Source: Candidatus Zixiibacteriota bacterium | Lineage (GTDB): Bacteria; Zixibacteria; MSB-5A5; GN15; FEB-12 | Direction: 5' to 3' | Length of the DNA: 64,000 nt | Assembly (NCBI GenBank): GCA_020346225.1 | Contig: CP070777.1 | Location: 2,764,736-2,828,735 of the forward strand | Shown: one piece after another, positions 18,526 to 26,289 of the stretch | Position numbering within the stretch: position 1 is the first letter of the stretch | Layout: each line of letters begins with the position of its first letter | Notes under the pieces: generated by a model | The model's input: the letters and a program-made list of their open reading frames with translations, nothing else | The model's database searches: none | Told to the model about the DNA's origin: nothing | Made by a program: the position numbers and the translations under genes

Positions 18526-19719
18526 TTAGAGCGAATTCAGGGCCTTTTCGAGGGTGTCGAGATATTTGTATCCGCTGCCGGTGAGGAAGACGACAACTTT
18601 CTCATTGCCATGGAGATACCCGGCCTCGAGCAGGTTGTGAAAAGCCGCCAGGGCCGCCCCGGCCTCCGGCGCCGCAAAAACGCCCTCTTTTGAGGCCAAC
18701 TCAAATGTTGCCTTCAGCATATCTTCTTCGGAAACAGCCACCGCGGCTCCGCCGCTTTCGCGGACCGCCTGAAGAATAAGAAAATCACCCACTGCAGCCG
18801 GTACGCGCAGTCCCGCCGCCACTGTTTGTGGATTGTCCCACGGTTCGGCGCTGGCCTTGCCCTGCTCAAAGGCTCTGACAATCGGAGCGCACCCCCGGCA
18901 CTGCACTGAGATCATTCTGGGTTTGGCGCCCGTCAGCCAGCCCATCGTTTCCATCTCTGCAAACGCTTTCCACATCCCGATCAGCCCGGTTCCGCCGCCG
19001 GTGGGGTAGATGATAATATCCGGAAGTTCAAACTCGAATTGCTCAGCCAGTTCGTAGCCCATCGTTTTCTTGCCCTCGATCCGGTACGGTTCCTTTAACG
19101 TGGCAAATGAAAACCAGTCTTCGCGGCTGCATTTATCGGCGACCACCCTGCCGCAGTCGGCAATGGTACCGTCAACGAGTTCGATGGTCGCGCCGTGATA
19201 GCGGCAGTCGACCAAAAACGGCGTCGGTGTTTCTTTCGGCATTACGATATGACATTTCATCCCGGCCAGCGCGGCATAGGCGGCCAAAGCCGAACCGGCG
19301 TTACCTGCGGTGGGAATGATGACGCGCCCAACACCGAGTTCTTTCGCCCGTGAGACCGCCATGGCAAGGCCCCGCGCCTTGAACGACCCGGTCGGGTTGA
19401 CACTTTCGTCTTTGAAATAAAGTCCGGGAAAACGGCGCACTGTACCGATGCGCCTTGACGGCAGAAGCGGCGTGCCGCCCTCATCGAGACTTACGACATT
19501 TACATCATCCTGAACCGGCAGCACCTCGCGGTACTTCCACATGGTCGGCAATCTCGACCTGAGTTGTTCGCGCGGCATCATCTGCGCGGCCAGCATCAGG
19601 TCATAGGCAACCAGCAGGGGAGAGCCGCACTTGCACAGATTGATGACCTGACGCAGGTCATAACGCTCTTTGCATTTGGGGCAGTGAAGGTAGGTAGCGG
19701 CGCTTTTGTCCGAACTCAT
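18526..19719 (-). CDS. thrC: Threonine synthase
   Basis: N-terminal Zn-ribbon CPKC...CKCG. PLP lysine motif SFKARG. GGAGAA RBS. Confidence 0.88.
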   Translation of the reverse strand: MSSDKSAATYLHCPKCKERYDLRQVINLCKCGSPLLVAYDLMLAAQMMPREQLRSRLPTMWKYREVLPVQDDVNVVSLDEGGTPLLPSRRIGTVRRFPGLYFKDESVNPTGSFKARGLAMAVSRAKELGVGRVIIPTAGNAGSALAAYAALAGMKCHIVMPKETPTPFLVDCRYHGATIELVDGTIADCGRVVADKCSREDWFSFATLKEPYRIEGKKTMGYELAEQFEFELPDIIIYPTGGGTGLIGMWKAFAEMETMGWLTGAKPRMISVQCRGCAPIVRAFEQGKASAEPWDNPQTVAAGLRVPAAVGDFLILQAVRESGGAAVAVSEEDMLKATFELASKEGVFAAPEAGAALAAFHNLLEAGYLHGNEKVVVFLTGSGYKYLDTLEKALNSL

Positions 19720-19737
19720 CGAATTCTCCGTGAAAAA

Positions 19738-20577
19738 TCACAGCCCCTTGACATATTCCTCGAGCGGCTTTCTCGGCGGCGTTTCAATCTGTCTCTGCGA
19801 AGGATAGCCCAGCGGCGTGATGGTGGCAATATAGTGATCCTGCGGGATCCCCAGTCGCTGCTTGATATCATCGCGGTCCATCGCCGCAATCCAGCAGGTC
19901 CCCAGCCCGTAGAACCAGGCGGCCAGGATAAAGTGATAGGCGGCGATACAGCCGTCCTGAACGGCGCGCTTGGTGACTTCCGGGTCGGCGCATATGGCTA
20001 CGGCCATCGGGGTGTTGGCGATGGGGGAAGTGCTGCTGCTTCTGGTTTCCGACAGCCAGCCAAGCATCTGTCTGTCGCGGATTATCCTGAAATAGTAACC
20101 CTGACGGTTCATCGATGTCGGCGCAAAGCGCGACAGGTCCAGCACCCGGGTCAGAACCTCTCGGGGAATCTCATCCGGCAGAAATTCCCTCACGCTTCGG
20201 CGGGTCAGAAGCAGATCATCGCCCGCCAGATACCGGATAACCGGGTCGTCGAAATACTGAAGCTCGACCATCCGCCCGTCGGGATCGCGCACGAAACACT
20301 GGTAGATACTATATTTGTCGTTATGTTTCGGCTCGGATACGGCTGTGTCCCTCAGAGCGTCGAACATCCGATCGACCTCCTCGGTGCCGTTGTAGAAGAA
20401 GGTCAGCATGGCGTCGGTTTCGACTGTATCTCGCTGGCAGAAGCCGAAGAGGAAATTGCCGTGCCGGAAGATGGTACAATCGGCCTGCTCCAGCCAGACC
20501 TCGCAGCCAACCTTTTCAACGTAGAACTCTCTCAGTGGCCCCAGCTCTTTCGTCTTAAGGAATAATATTCCACTCAT
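19738..20577 (-). CDS. VOC (glyoxalase-like) domain fused to a nitroreductase domain
   Basis: GAGG RBS 5 nt before the ATG at 20577. The N-terminal ~115 aa are VOC-like. The C-terminal part carries the nitroreductase signature LTRRSVREF...APTSMNRQ. Confidence 0.7.
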   Translation of the reverse strand: MSGILFLKTKELGPLREFYVEKVGCEVWLEQADCTIFRHGNFLFGFCQRDTVETDAMLTFFYNGTEEVDRMFDALRDTAVSEPKHNDKYSIYQCFVRDPDGRMVELQYFDDPVIRYLAGDDLLLTRRSVREFLPDEIPREVLTRVLDLSRFAPTSMNRQGYYFRIIRDRQMLGWLSETRSSSTSPIANTPMAVAICADPEVTKRAVQDGCIAAYHFILAAWFYGLGTCWIAAMDRDDIKQRLGIPQDHYIATITPLGYPSQRQIETPPRKPLEEYVKGL

Positions 20578-20706
20578 GTCAGCCTCATTTGTTTTGGGGA
20601 AAGATAGGGGATTGCCGGTGAGGAGAAAAGAGATTATCCGTAAGAGCACCAGGCTGATTACCTTGAATTAGCACACAGTTGCCTGCGGTTGCCGACCGGC
20701 ACGATG

Positions 20707-21039
20707 CTACTGTTCCAGCTCGATATTCACACCACCAACGAGTTTCGTGATGGCATTGTAGGCGATACCGGTATAAAGGCCGACGATCAACCCGTAGATC
20801 CCGTAAATCAGGGGCCAGGTGATGATCCCGTAGAGGCCAAGCCACTTTTGGACGCCGGCTCCATAAGACCCGTAACATGCGGGCTCACAGAGCGCGATTA
20901 TCATCAGCACGCATCCAACCAATAGGCCGATAGGGATGTGAATAATGACGCTCACTTTGGCCAAAGATGCGATGCCTATTTTCTTGAGAACCATAAATTG
21001 TATCCAATCTGATTTATCATGCTTTGCTGTGTCGCGCAC
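20707..21039 (-). CDS. Small integral membrane protein, unknown function
   Basis: Three predicted TM helices. The start is uncertain (GTG 21039 or ATG 20994). Confidence 0.5.
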   Translation of the reverse strand: MRDTAKHDKSDWIQFMVLKKIGIASLAKVSVIIHIPIGLLVGCVLMIIALCEPACYGSYGAGVQKWLGLYGIITWPLIYGIYGLIVGLYTGIAYNAITKLVGGVNIELEQ

Positions 21040-21056
21040 GTACTTCCCGTGATGGT

Positions 21057-21623
21057 TTAACCGGACTCTGCTTTCGAAACTGTGCGTTGCTTGAGTCCGA
21101 ATACGGCCTTTTTATACCTCTCGTGATAATGCCTGAATCTGTAGATGAATCCATACGTTACGAGCATGCCGGCAAGTATAGCTGCTCCCCCCGGTAGATA
21201 CCCCTCCCGCGAGGCAATATCCAAGGCTAAAGCTACGGAAGCAATTGCGGTTGGTGTAACCATGGCAATTGTGAACCTGGTCAAGCTGCGGTCTCTGAAT
21301 ATAATGGCTACGTAGAAAATCTCGTGCGAATTCAACAATTCGCTGTGCCTGTGTGAGAATTCCGGGTCTTCCTCTATCCAACCGCCGGGCGCCAGCCACC
21401 TTCGCAACGGGAGACTAATTGGATAAATAGCGTGGCCGAGAAAATAAGCGACCAACAAGAACAACAGAACACGGCCCAGGTCTTCGCCGGTGACAGACAC
21501 GATATTAGCCAGGGGGAAGAAGAAAAGTAAAACACCCACGAGCGCTATGCTGCCAGGGAAAAAGTACAGTAGAAAATCTCGCAGTCCGAAGTGCAGTGTC
21601 TTTGGTTCCATGATTGTGCTCAT
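21057..21623 (-). CDS. Integral membrane protein, unknown function
   Basis: GGGAGG RBS 8 nt before the ATG at 21623. Four or more hydrophobic helices. No known motif. Confidence 0.55.
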   Translation of the reverse strand: MSTIMEPKTLHFGLRDFLLYFFPGSIALVGVLLFFFPLANIVSVTGEDLGRVLLFLLVAYFLGHAIYPISLPLRRWLAPGGWIEEDPEFSHRHSELLNSHEIFYVAIIFRDRSLTRFTIAMVTPTAIASVALALDIASREGYLPGGAAILAGMLVTYGFIYRFRHYHERYKKAVFGLKQRTVSKAESG

Positions 21624-21662
21624 ACACATAACCTCCCTCAGATATCGCTTTTGTGTTGGGCA

Positions 21663-21746
21663 TGCCCAACCAGCTCAAAAGTTGCCTTTTATACGAACCC
21701 GTTTAAAATGGTACCCCCGATTGAATAAAATATTCAACTCGCTTCT
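21663..21746 (-). repeat. Decayed copy of the tRNA-Arg 3' half plus its 3' flank (copy C)
   Basis: Contains CGGGGGTACCA (21709-21719, minus strand), identical to the tRNA-Arg 3' end. The adjoining ~55 nt resemble the flank at 23414-23458. Confidence 0.6.
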
Positions 21747-21835
21747 TTCATGGGCGGCAGACGTCCCCGTCTGCCCCTGTTTCACGGCACCTCTTCGCCA
21801 ACCCAACTCCAATCTTTGTCAGTTGTAGGCGTCGA

Positions 21836-21918
21836 GCCCAACCCGCTCAAAAGCTCCTTTGTATATGAATGCATCTGAGATGGTACCCCCAATTGGACGA
21901 AATATGCAACTCTCTTCT
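21836..21918 (-). repeat. Decayed copy of the tRNA-Arg 3' half plus its 3' flank (copy B)
   Basis: Contains GGGGGTACCA (21881-21890). The flank is about 79% identical by eye to 23414-23469. The upstream part retains T-arm-like GCA..TTTCGTCC. Confidence 0.6.
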
Positions 21919-22039
21919 GGGGCCGGAGGTGGAGATTATAGCTAACCGGCTGAAAGAATTGATGATAGCGTGACCTCTATTCGGGGGAGTAGAATATCCG
22001 GCCGCCCACAGAACTGTGCGTTCAGCCTGACCAGGGTAA

Positions 22040-22507
22040 TCAATTCTCTCCATGTTTGGTCAGTGACCAATGGGAATGCACCAACTTCCACTCCCCCTTT
22101 TCAAGGTGATATACCTCGGTGCTGTTCCAGCGGGTCTTTACACTGTCGTTGCTGTCGTAATTCACCAGATTGAAAGTCAGAATTCCTACATTGTCGTAAA
22201 GTTGCACCCGCCAGTTCGGCATCTCGAACCGATGAATATCGATCTTCCCCTGCGCCGGAACCAGCAACTCTTTGAAAGCAGCAAGGCCATCCAGTCGCTT
22301 TTCCTGTTCCGGGTCAAAGTATGATATATCCTCAGAAGCCAGGTCAATATAACCATACACATCCCCGTTCCCCCAGCGTGTCAGAGCCACTTTCTCCAGC
22401 TCGACGATCACACTCTGAGTTTCCCCCTGTCCGCTGTCTTTAGCAAAGCCTGTCGTACTTGAAGCCATAAAAACAGCCACAGCGGCCAATCGTAGAATTC
22501 TCCACAT
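22040..22507 (-). CDS. Secreted SnoaL/NTF2-like (DUF4440-type) protein
   Basis: AAGGAGAG RBS and a signal peptide. NTF2-like pattern ending ...GEWKLVHSHWS. Confidence 0.65.
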   Translation of the reverse strand: MWRILRLAAVAVFMASSTTGFAKDSGQGETQSVIVELEKVALTRWGNGDVYGYIDLASEDISYFDPEQEKRLDGLAAFKELLVPAQGKIDIHRFEMPNWRVQLYDNVGILTFNLVNYDSNDSVKTRWNSTEVYHLEKGEWKLVHSHWSLTKHGEN

Positions 22508-22895
22508 AGAGTCTCTCCTTAAACGAGCAACCGATTCATTGGCAACTCAGGCTCGCACGTTAACCGGCAAGCATCTGAATTGCCGCTTCAGAAATTTCAA
22601 CTGTGAATCCCAACCCAATGTAAACAGACATGGCCTATGCCACCAATATAAGGTTCGGATCTGCCCCGCGATGTGCCAATTATCCTCTAACTTCACCACT
22701 TAAGTCTCATGTCCGGCACAACAGCGCCGGAACTCTCATTGGCCCCGCCTACTTTAACGAAATAAGCTCCCGAATGGCACCCGTTACGCAATTTCTGCTC
22801 GACGACGACCCCTCCGGTAACCTCAAGCCCGCTAGTGCACTCAGGAGCCTAGCGGCAATCTCTGTAACCCGTTACAATGCAATAAAACCGGGTAA

Positions 22896-22913
22896 CCCAC
22901 AGCTTGCTGTGGG
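22896..22913. repeat. REP-like palindrome, copy 1 (inverted relative to copies 2 and 3)
   Basis: CCCACAGC-TT-GCTGTGGG with a conserved GGTTACCC flank. Confidence 0.7.
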
Positions 22914-22934
22914 ATCCTTGCGCGGTGGCACTCG

Positions 22935-23189
22935 CTACAACTCATAATCATCCATCCTCAGCGGCACATCCTTCACACTGCCGCGCGCGGGCAGCATGAC
23001 CAAATGCACATGCTCCGGCATGACAACATACCCCAGCAGACGGAAACGATGCCTGAGGCGAGCGGCGTCAAGCTCTTGGATCGGCAGTTCTGTAGCGCGG
23101 AGACAGGTAAGGTAGGGCTGGAGTCGATAGCAGCAGAAAGTCACAAAGCGACCGGTGCCGGCATGATCATAGTGTCGCAGTTTCGGCAT
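22935..23189 (-). pseudogene. Truncated REP-associated tyrosine transposase (RAYT, IS200/IS605 Y1 family)
   Basis: The 84 aa carry FVTFCCY and the HUH motif PEHVHLV, then stop far short of the catalytic-Tyr region. A possible C-terminal remnant (TGGVVVEQ) lies out of frame at about 22780-22850. Confidence 0.7.
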
Positions 23190-23219
23190 GATATCAGTGC
23201 CCTGCCAGATTGGTGCGAC

Positions 23220-23237
23220 CCCACAGCAAGCTGTGGG
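23220..23237. repeat. REP-like palindrome, copy 2
   Basis: CCCACAGC-AA-GCTGTGGG followed by GTTACACAGGTTACCTG. Confidence 0.7.
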
Positions 23238-23361
23238 TTACACAGGTTACCTGATTTCAAATGACGCTGAAGTATCCTCCCGCTTGCAGGCCCTGCTGAA
23301 ATAACGGGGATGAAAGCGGGTTTGTCAAATGGTTTAGGGCGCTGTGCCCAGGCAGTGTGAT

Positions 23362-23379
23362 CCCACCGCAAGCGGTGGG
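23362..23379. repeat. REP-like palindrome, copy 3
   Basis: CCCACCGC-AA-GCGGTGGG. An A>C / T>G compensatory pair keeps the palindrome intact. Confidence 0.65.
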
Positions 23380-23458
23380 GTACCAAGTTGCCTGATGTCG
23401 TTTGTGCTCGTTGAGCCGAACAACTCAATAGCTGCTTTTTACATGAATCCATCAAAGA

Positions 23459-23535
23459 TGGTACCCCCGGCAGGACTCGAACCTGCTACCCTCTGCTTAG
23501 AAGGCAGATGCTCTATCCGGATGAGCTACGGGGGC
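23459..23535 (-). tRNA. tRNA-Arg (anticodon TCT), CCA encoded
   Basis: Manual cloverleaf: GCCCCCG-TA-GCTC-ATCCGGATA-GAGC-A-TCTGC-CTTCTAA-GCAGA-GGGTA-GCAGG-TTCGAGT-CCTGC-CGGGGGT-A-CCA. Confidence 0.9.
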
Positions 23536-23667
23536 ACAAGCTGTGCTTGTTTTTAGGGACGCGAGGCGCCTCTAAAAACCGAAACTCCCCAGGATGTGAT
23601 TCCTGTTAATCTTACCCACAGAATCTAAAATATTCAATACCACGCGTCAAGCAGGGATTGCCGCCCA

Positions 23668-23696
23668 GCAAAAAGCCCCCTGGCAGGCAGGAGGCT
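23668..23696 (-). terminator. Rho-independent terminator of the cytochrome operon
   Basis: Minus strand reads AGCCUCC-loop-GGGGGCU (one G-U pair) followed by UUUUU. Confidence 0.7.
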
Positions 23697-23724
23697 TGAA
23701 GTATCTTCAATAAAGCCGAGGGTG

Positions 23725-24879
23725 CTAGTGCAGCGACAGGCTCCGGACATATTCGCCCGGAGGTGCATCCTCGTGGGTACGGCCGTCGTCGTGGCAGCCG
23801 GAGCAGTCCGGCATCTTGTCAAATGCCTTGCCCGGGTGGCAGTCGGTGCATTCCAGTTCGACATGAATTTCATCTAGCTGCAGCCCCACTCTCACGTGGT
23901 TGAAATTGGCCTGGTTCCAGCCGCCGTGACAGGCGGCGCACTCTCTGTTAAGTCGGGCAATTTTCCGGCCCGTCGGGTGGCAGCTGCGGCAGCCGAGTTT
24001 CTCATGATATTTGTTCAGCGGCCAGCCGACCGAGGCGTGCGAGAACCCGGGTTTCTGGCCGGTGTCATGACACTTGCCGCAGGGATCGTTGAGATGGCAG
24101 TCGTTGCAGATAGCATGAATCTCCTCGTCGGTCTTGCCCAGCCGCAGCTCTTTGTCCAGGTCATGGCAATAGCTGCAGTTTTCCTGCTGGTGACAGTCCA
24201 CGCAGCGCAAACCGTACAGGTCGATGTGGTCCTGGTGATGCAGGGTGACCGTGGGCGCCTCTTCATGAGGCGTGACCCAGACCTTTACGTCGGGGACGGT
24301 AATTTCCGGGTGGGGGATACCCACGATATCGGTCGAATCATGCGGAGCGGCGGAGAAGGCCGAGCCTTCGTGTGGAAGATGGCATACGACACACTTGGTG
24401 TCGTGGCTCCATTCGCGGTGGCATCCCATACACTGGCGGTGGAAAGCGCCTTTCAGTCCCGGCTGCCTCAGGTTCGGCGGGCCGGCCGGTTCCTCGCCGT
24501 GACATTCCGCGCAGGGAGGGAATTTGCCGGCCGGGCTGTAATGGTGGCAGATGCTGCAGCCTTCACCCATTCCGACCATCTCGGCATGATGCTTGTGGTC
24601 GAACCTGACCGGCCCGTACAACTGCTCCAGTTCGTCCAGCATGGCCATATCGGGGCCCTCAGTGGCCGAGTGAGCCGGCGTGCTCGTGACGCCTGTCCGC
24701 AGGCATTTGCTGAGGCATGGTTCGCTCCTTGTAGGTGTCTGGCAAACGTGGCAGTCGCTGCACGGGGTGCGAGTGGCGTCCGGAACCGGTCGGTCCTCGG
24801 GCTGACCCAGCACGGTTATTCCCGACAGAGTTATCAACAGCAACAAACACGCCAGCGCAATGCCTATATTTCTGTCCAT
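23725..24879 (-). CDS. Periplasmic multiheme cytochrome c (13 CxxCH motifs), paralog 2
   Basis: AAGAGGAG RBS before the ATG at 24879. Signal peptide present. 13 CxxCH motifs counted by hand. Collinear with the upstream paralog. Confidence 0.88.
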   Translation of the reverse strand: MDRNIGIALACLLLLITLSGITVLGQPEDRPVPDATRTPCSDCHVCQTPTRSEPCLSKCLRTGVTSTPAHSATEGPDMAMLDELEQLYGPVRFDHKHHAEMVGMGEGCSICHHYSPAGKFPPCAECHGEEPAGPPNLRQPGLKGAFHRQCMGCHREWSHDTKCVVCHLPHEGSAFSAAPHDSTDIVGIPHPEITVPDVKVWVTPHEEAPTVTLHHQDHIDLYGLRCVDCHQQENCSYCHDLDKELRLGKTDEEIHAICNDCHLNDPCGKCHDTGQKPGFSHASVGWPLNKYHEKLGCRSCHPTGRKIARLNRECAACHGGWNQANFNHVRVGLQLDEIHVELECTDCHPGKAFDKMPDCSGCHDDGRTHEDAPPGEYVRSLSLH

Positions 24880-24930
24880 TCTACGAGACTCCTCTTGATT
24901 AGATGTGGGCCCAGCCTGCCATTGCAAACC

Positions 24931-26091
24931 TTAGCCGCTGGATAGCGGTTTCACATACTCTCCGGGCGGGCCGTCTTCATGGTTGCGGCAATCGTCGTGG
25001 CATGCCGAGCACTTCGGTATCCGGTTGTACGCCTGGTTCATATGGCAATCGCCACAATCCAGCTCGCCATGCAGGTCATCCAGCCGCAGCCCGGTCACGA
25101 CATGCCGGAAATTTGTCTGGTTCCATCCGGCGTGACAGTCAACGCACCGATTGCTCAGGTGGCCGATAGGCCGTCCGGTGGGATGACAGGAACGACAATT
25201 CAATTCCTGATGGTATTGATTCAGGACCCAGCCGCCGTTGGCCGCATGTGAGAAAGCGGGCTTTTCCGAATGACCGTGGCACCTGGCGCAGGGATCGTTG
25301 GCGTGGCAGTCGTTGCAGATCGCGTGAATCTCCTCGTCGGTCTTGGCCACCCGCTTTTCCTTCTGGTAATCGTGACAATAGCTGCAGTTTTCCTGCTGGT
25401 GGCAATTGACACAGCGAAGCCCGAACAAATCGATATGCTCCTGGTGGTGAAACGTCACCACCGGCCCGGCGTCATACGGGGTCCTCCAGACTTTCTTCTC
25501 CGGCGCTGTGATGACCGGATGCGGTGTGCCGAGTATATCGGTGCCGTCAGCACTGGCCGAGGCCAGAGTGGCTCCATTGGCCGGCAGGTGACATAACACG
25601 CACTTGGTGTCATGGCTCCACTCGCGGTGGCAACCCATACACTGACGATGGTAGGCGCCTCTTAAACCGGGCTGTCTCAAAGTCTGGGCCTCGGTCGGCT
25701 CGTTGGCGTGGCATGTTTTGCACGGCGGGTATTTGGCGTCTGTGCTGTAGTGATGGCAAATACCGCAGCCTTCGCCCATACCGACCATCTCGGCATGGTG
25801 CTTGTGGTCGAACCGGACCGGCTGGTACAACCTCTCCAGTCCGCTCAATATGGCCACGTCCGGACCCTCCGACGGTGAATGGACCCTGGTCTCGCGATCG
25901 TGCGTCCAGAGACACATTTCCAGACAGGGGTCGGCCGTGGTCGGCGTGGAACAGGCATGACAATCGGTGCAGGGCGGCTGAGTGGCGTCCTGCTGCGACG
26001 ACATGTCCGGTGATTGGGCCAGGATCGGCAGTCCCGTGAAGGCCAATATTAGAAGCGAAGCGGTAAGCCAAAGGCTAGTCATCTTTTTCAT
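24931..26091 (-). CDS. Periplasmic multiheme cytochrome c (13 CxxCH motifs), paralog 1
   Basis: Signal peptide MKKMTSLWLTASLLILAFTGLPILAQ. 13 CxxCH motifs at positions matching paralog 2. Confidence 0.9.
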   Translation of the reverse strand: MKKMTSLWLTASLLILAFTGLPILAQSPDMSSQQDATQPPCTDCHACSTPTTADPCLEMCLWTHDRETRVHSPSEGPDVAILSGLERLYQPVRFDHKHHAEMVGMGEGCGICHHYSTDAKYPPCKTCHANEPTEAQTLRQPGLRGAYHRQCMGCHREWSHDTKCVLCHLPANGATLASASADGTDILGTPHPVITAPEKKVWRTPYDAGPVVTFHHQEHIDLFGLRCVNCHQQENCSYCHDYQKEKRVAKTDEEIHAICNDCHANDPCARCHGHSEKPAFSHAANGGWVLNQYHQELNCRSCHPTGRPIGHLSNRCVDCHAGWNQTNFRHVVTGLRLDDLHGELDCGDCHMNQAYNRIPKCSACHDDCRNHEDGPPGEYVKPLSSG

Positions 26092-26157
26092 CTCTCGAGA
26101 CTCTTTCCACCGGGTACTTCCCGGTAATCAGGCTGTAGTAGCCGGCACCGAAGCTTA

Positions 26158-26277
26158 CTACTTGCTTTCCTTCCTGTCAAGCAGCAACCAGAATATCATG
26201 AACAGCGCCATGGCTCCGATGGCTATCAGGTATTCCTGCCCCTTGGTTAGCATCATGAAATCGTGTAGTACATGCAT
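26158..26277 (-). CDS. Small single-TM protein (39 aa), below the ORF-track length cut-off
   Basis: Hand translation gives MHVLHDFMMLTKGQEYLIAIGAMALFMIFWLLLDRKESK*. AAGGAGAA RBS 6 nt upstream of the ATG (GGAG core 9 nt), immediately after the NrfD stop. Fills the gap between NrfD and the cytochrome. Confidence 0.6.
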   Translation of the reverse strand: MHVLHDFMMLTKGQEYLIAIGAMALFMIFWLLLDRKESK

Positions 26278-26289
26278 CTTCCGTTCTCC

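Noticed and set aside
19564-20565. 333-aa plus-strand ORF.
   Set aside because: It is antisense to the thrC 5' end and the VOC-nitroreductase gene, and has no motif support.
22630-22947. 105-aa plus-strand ORF in the AT-richer islet.
   Set aside because: It runs antisense across the putative RAYT C-terminal remnant and REP copy 1. It has no RBS and an implausible composition.
23344-23556. 70-aa plus-strand ORF.
   Set aside because: It overlaps the tRNA-Arg gene and REP copy 3.
23896-24945. 349-aa plus-strand ORF (and similar ones at 24979-26039).
   Set aside because: They are antisense to the multiheme cytochrome genes, whose 13 CxxCH motifs fix the true frame and strand.
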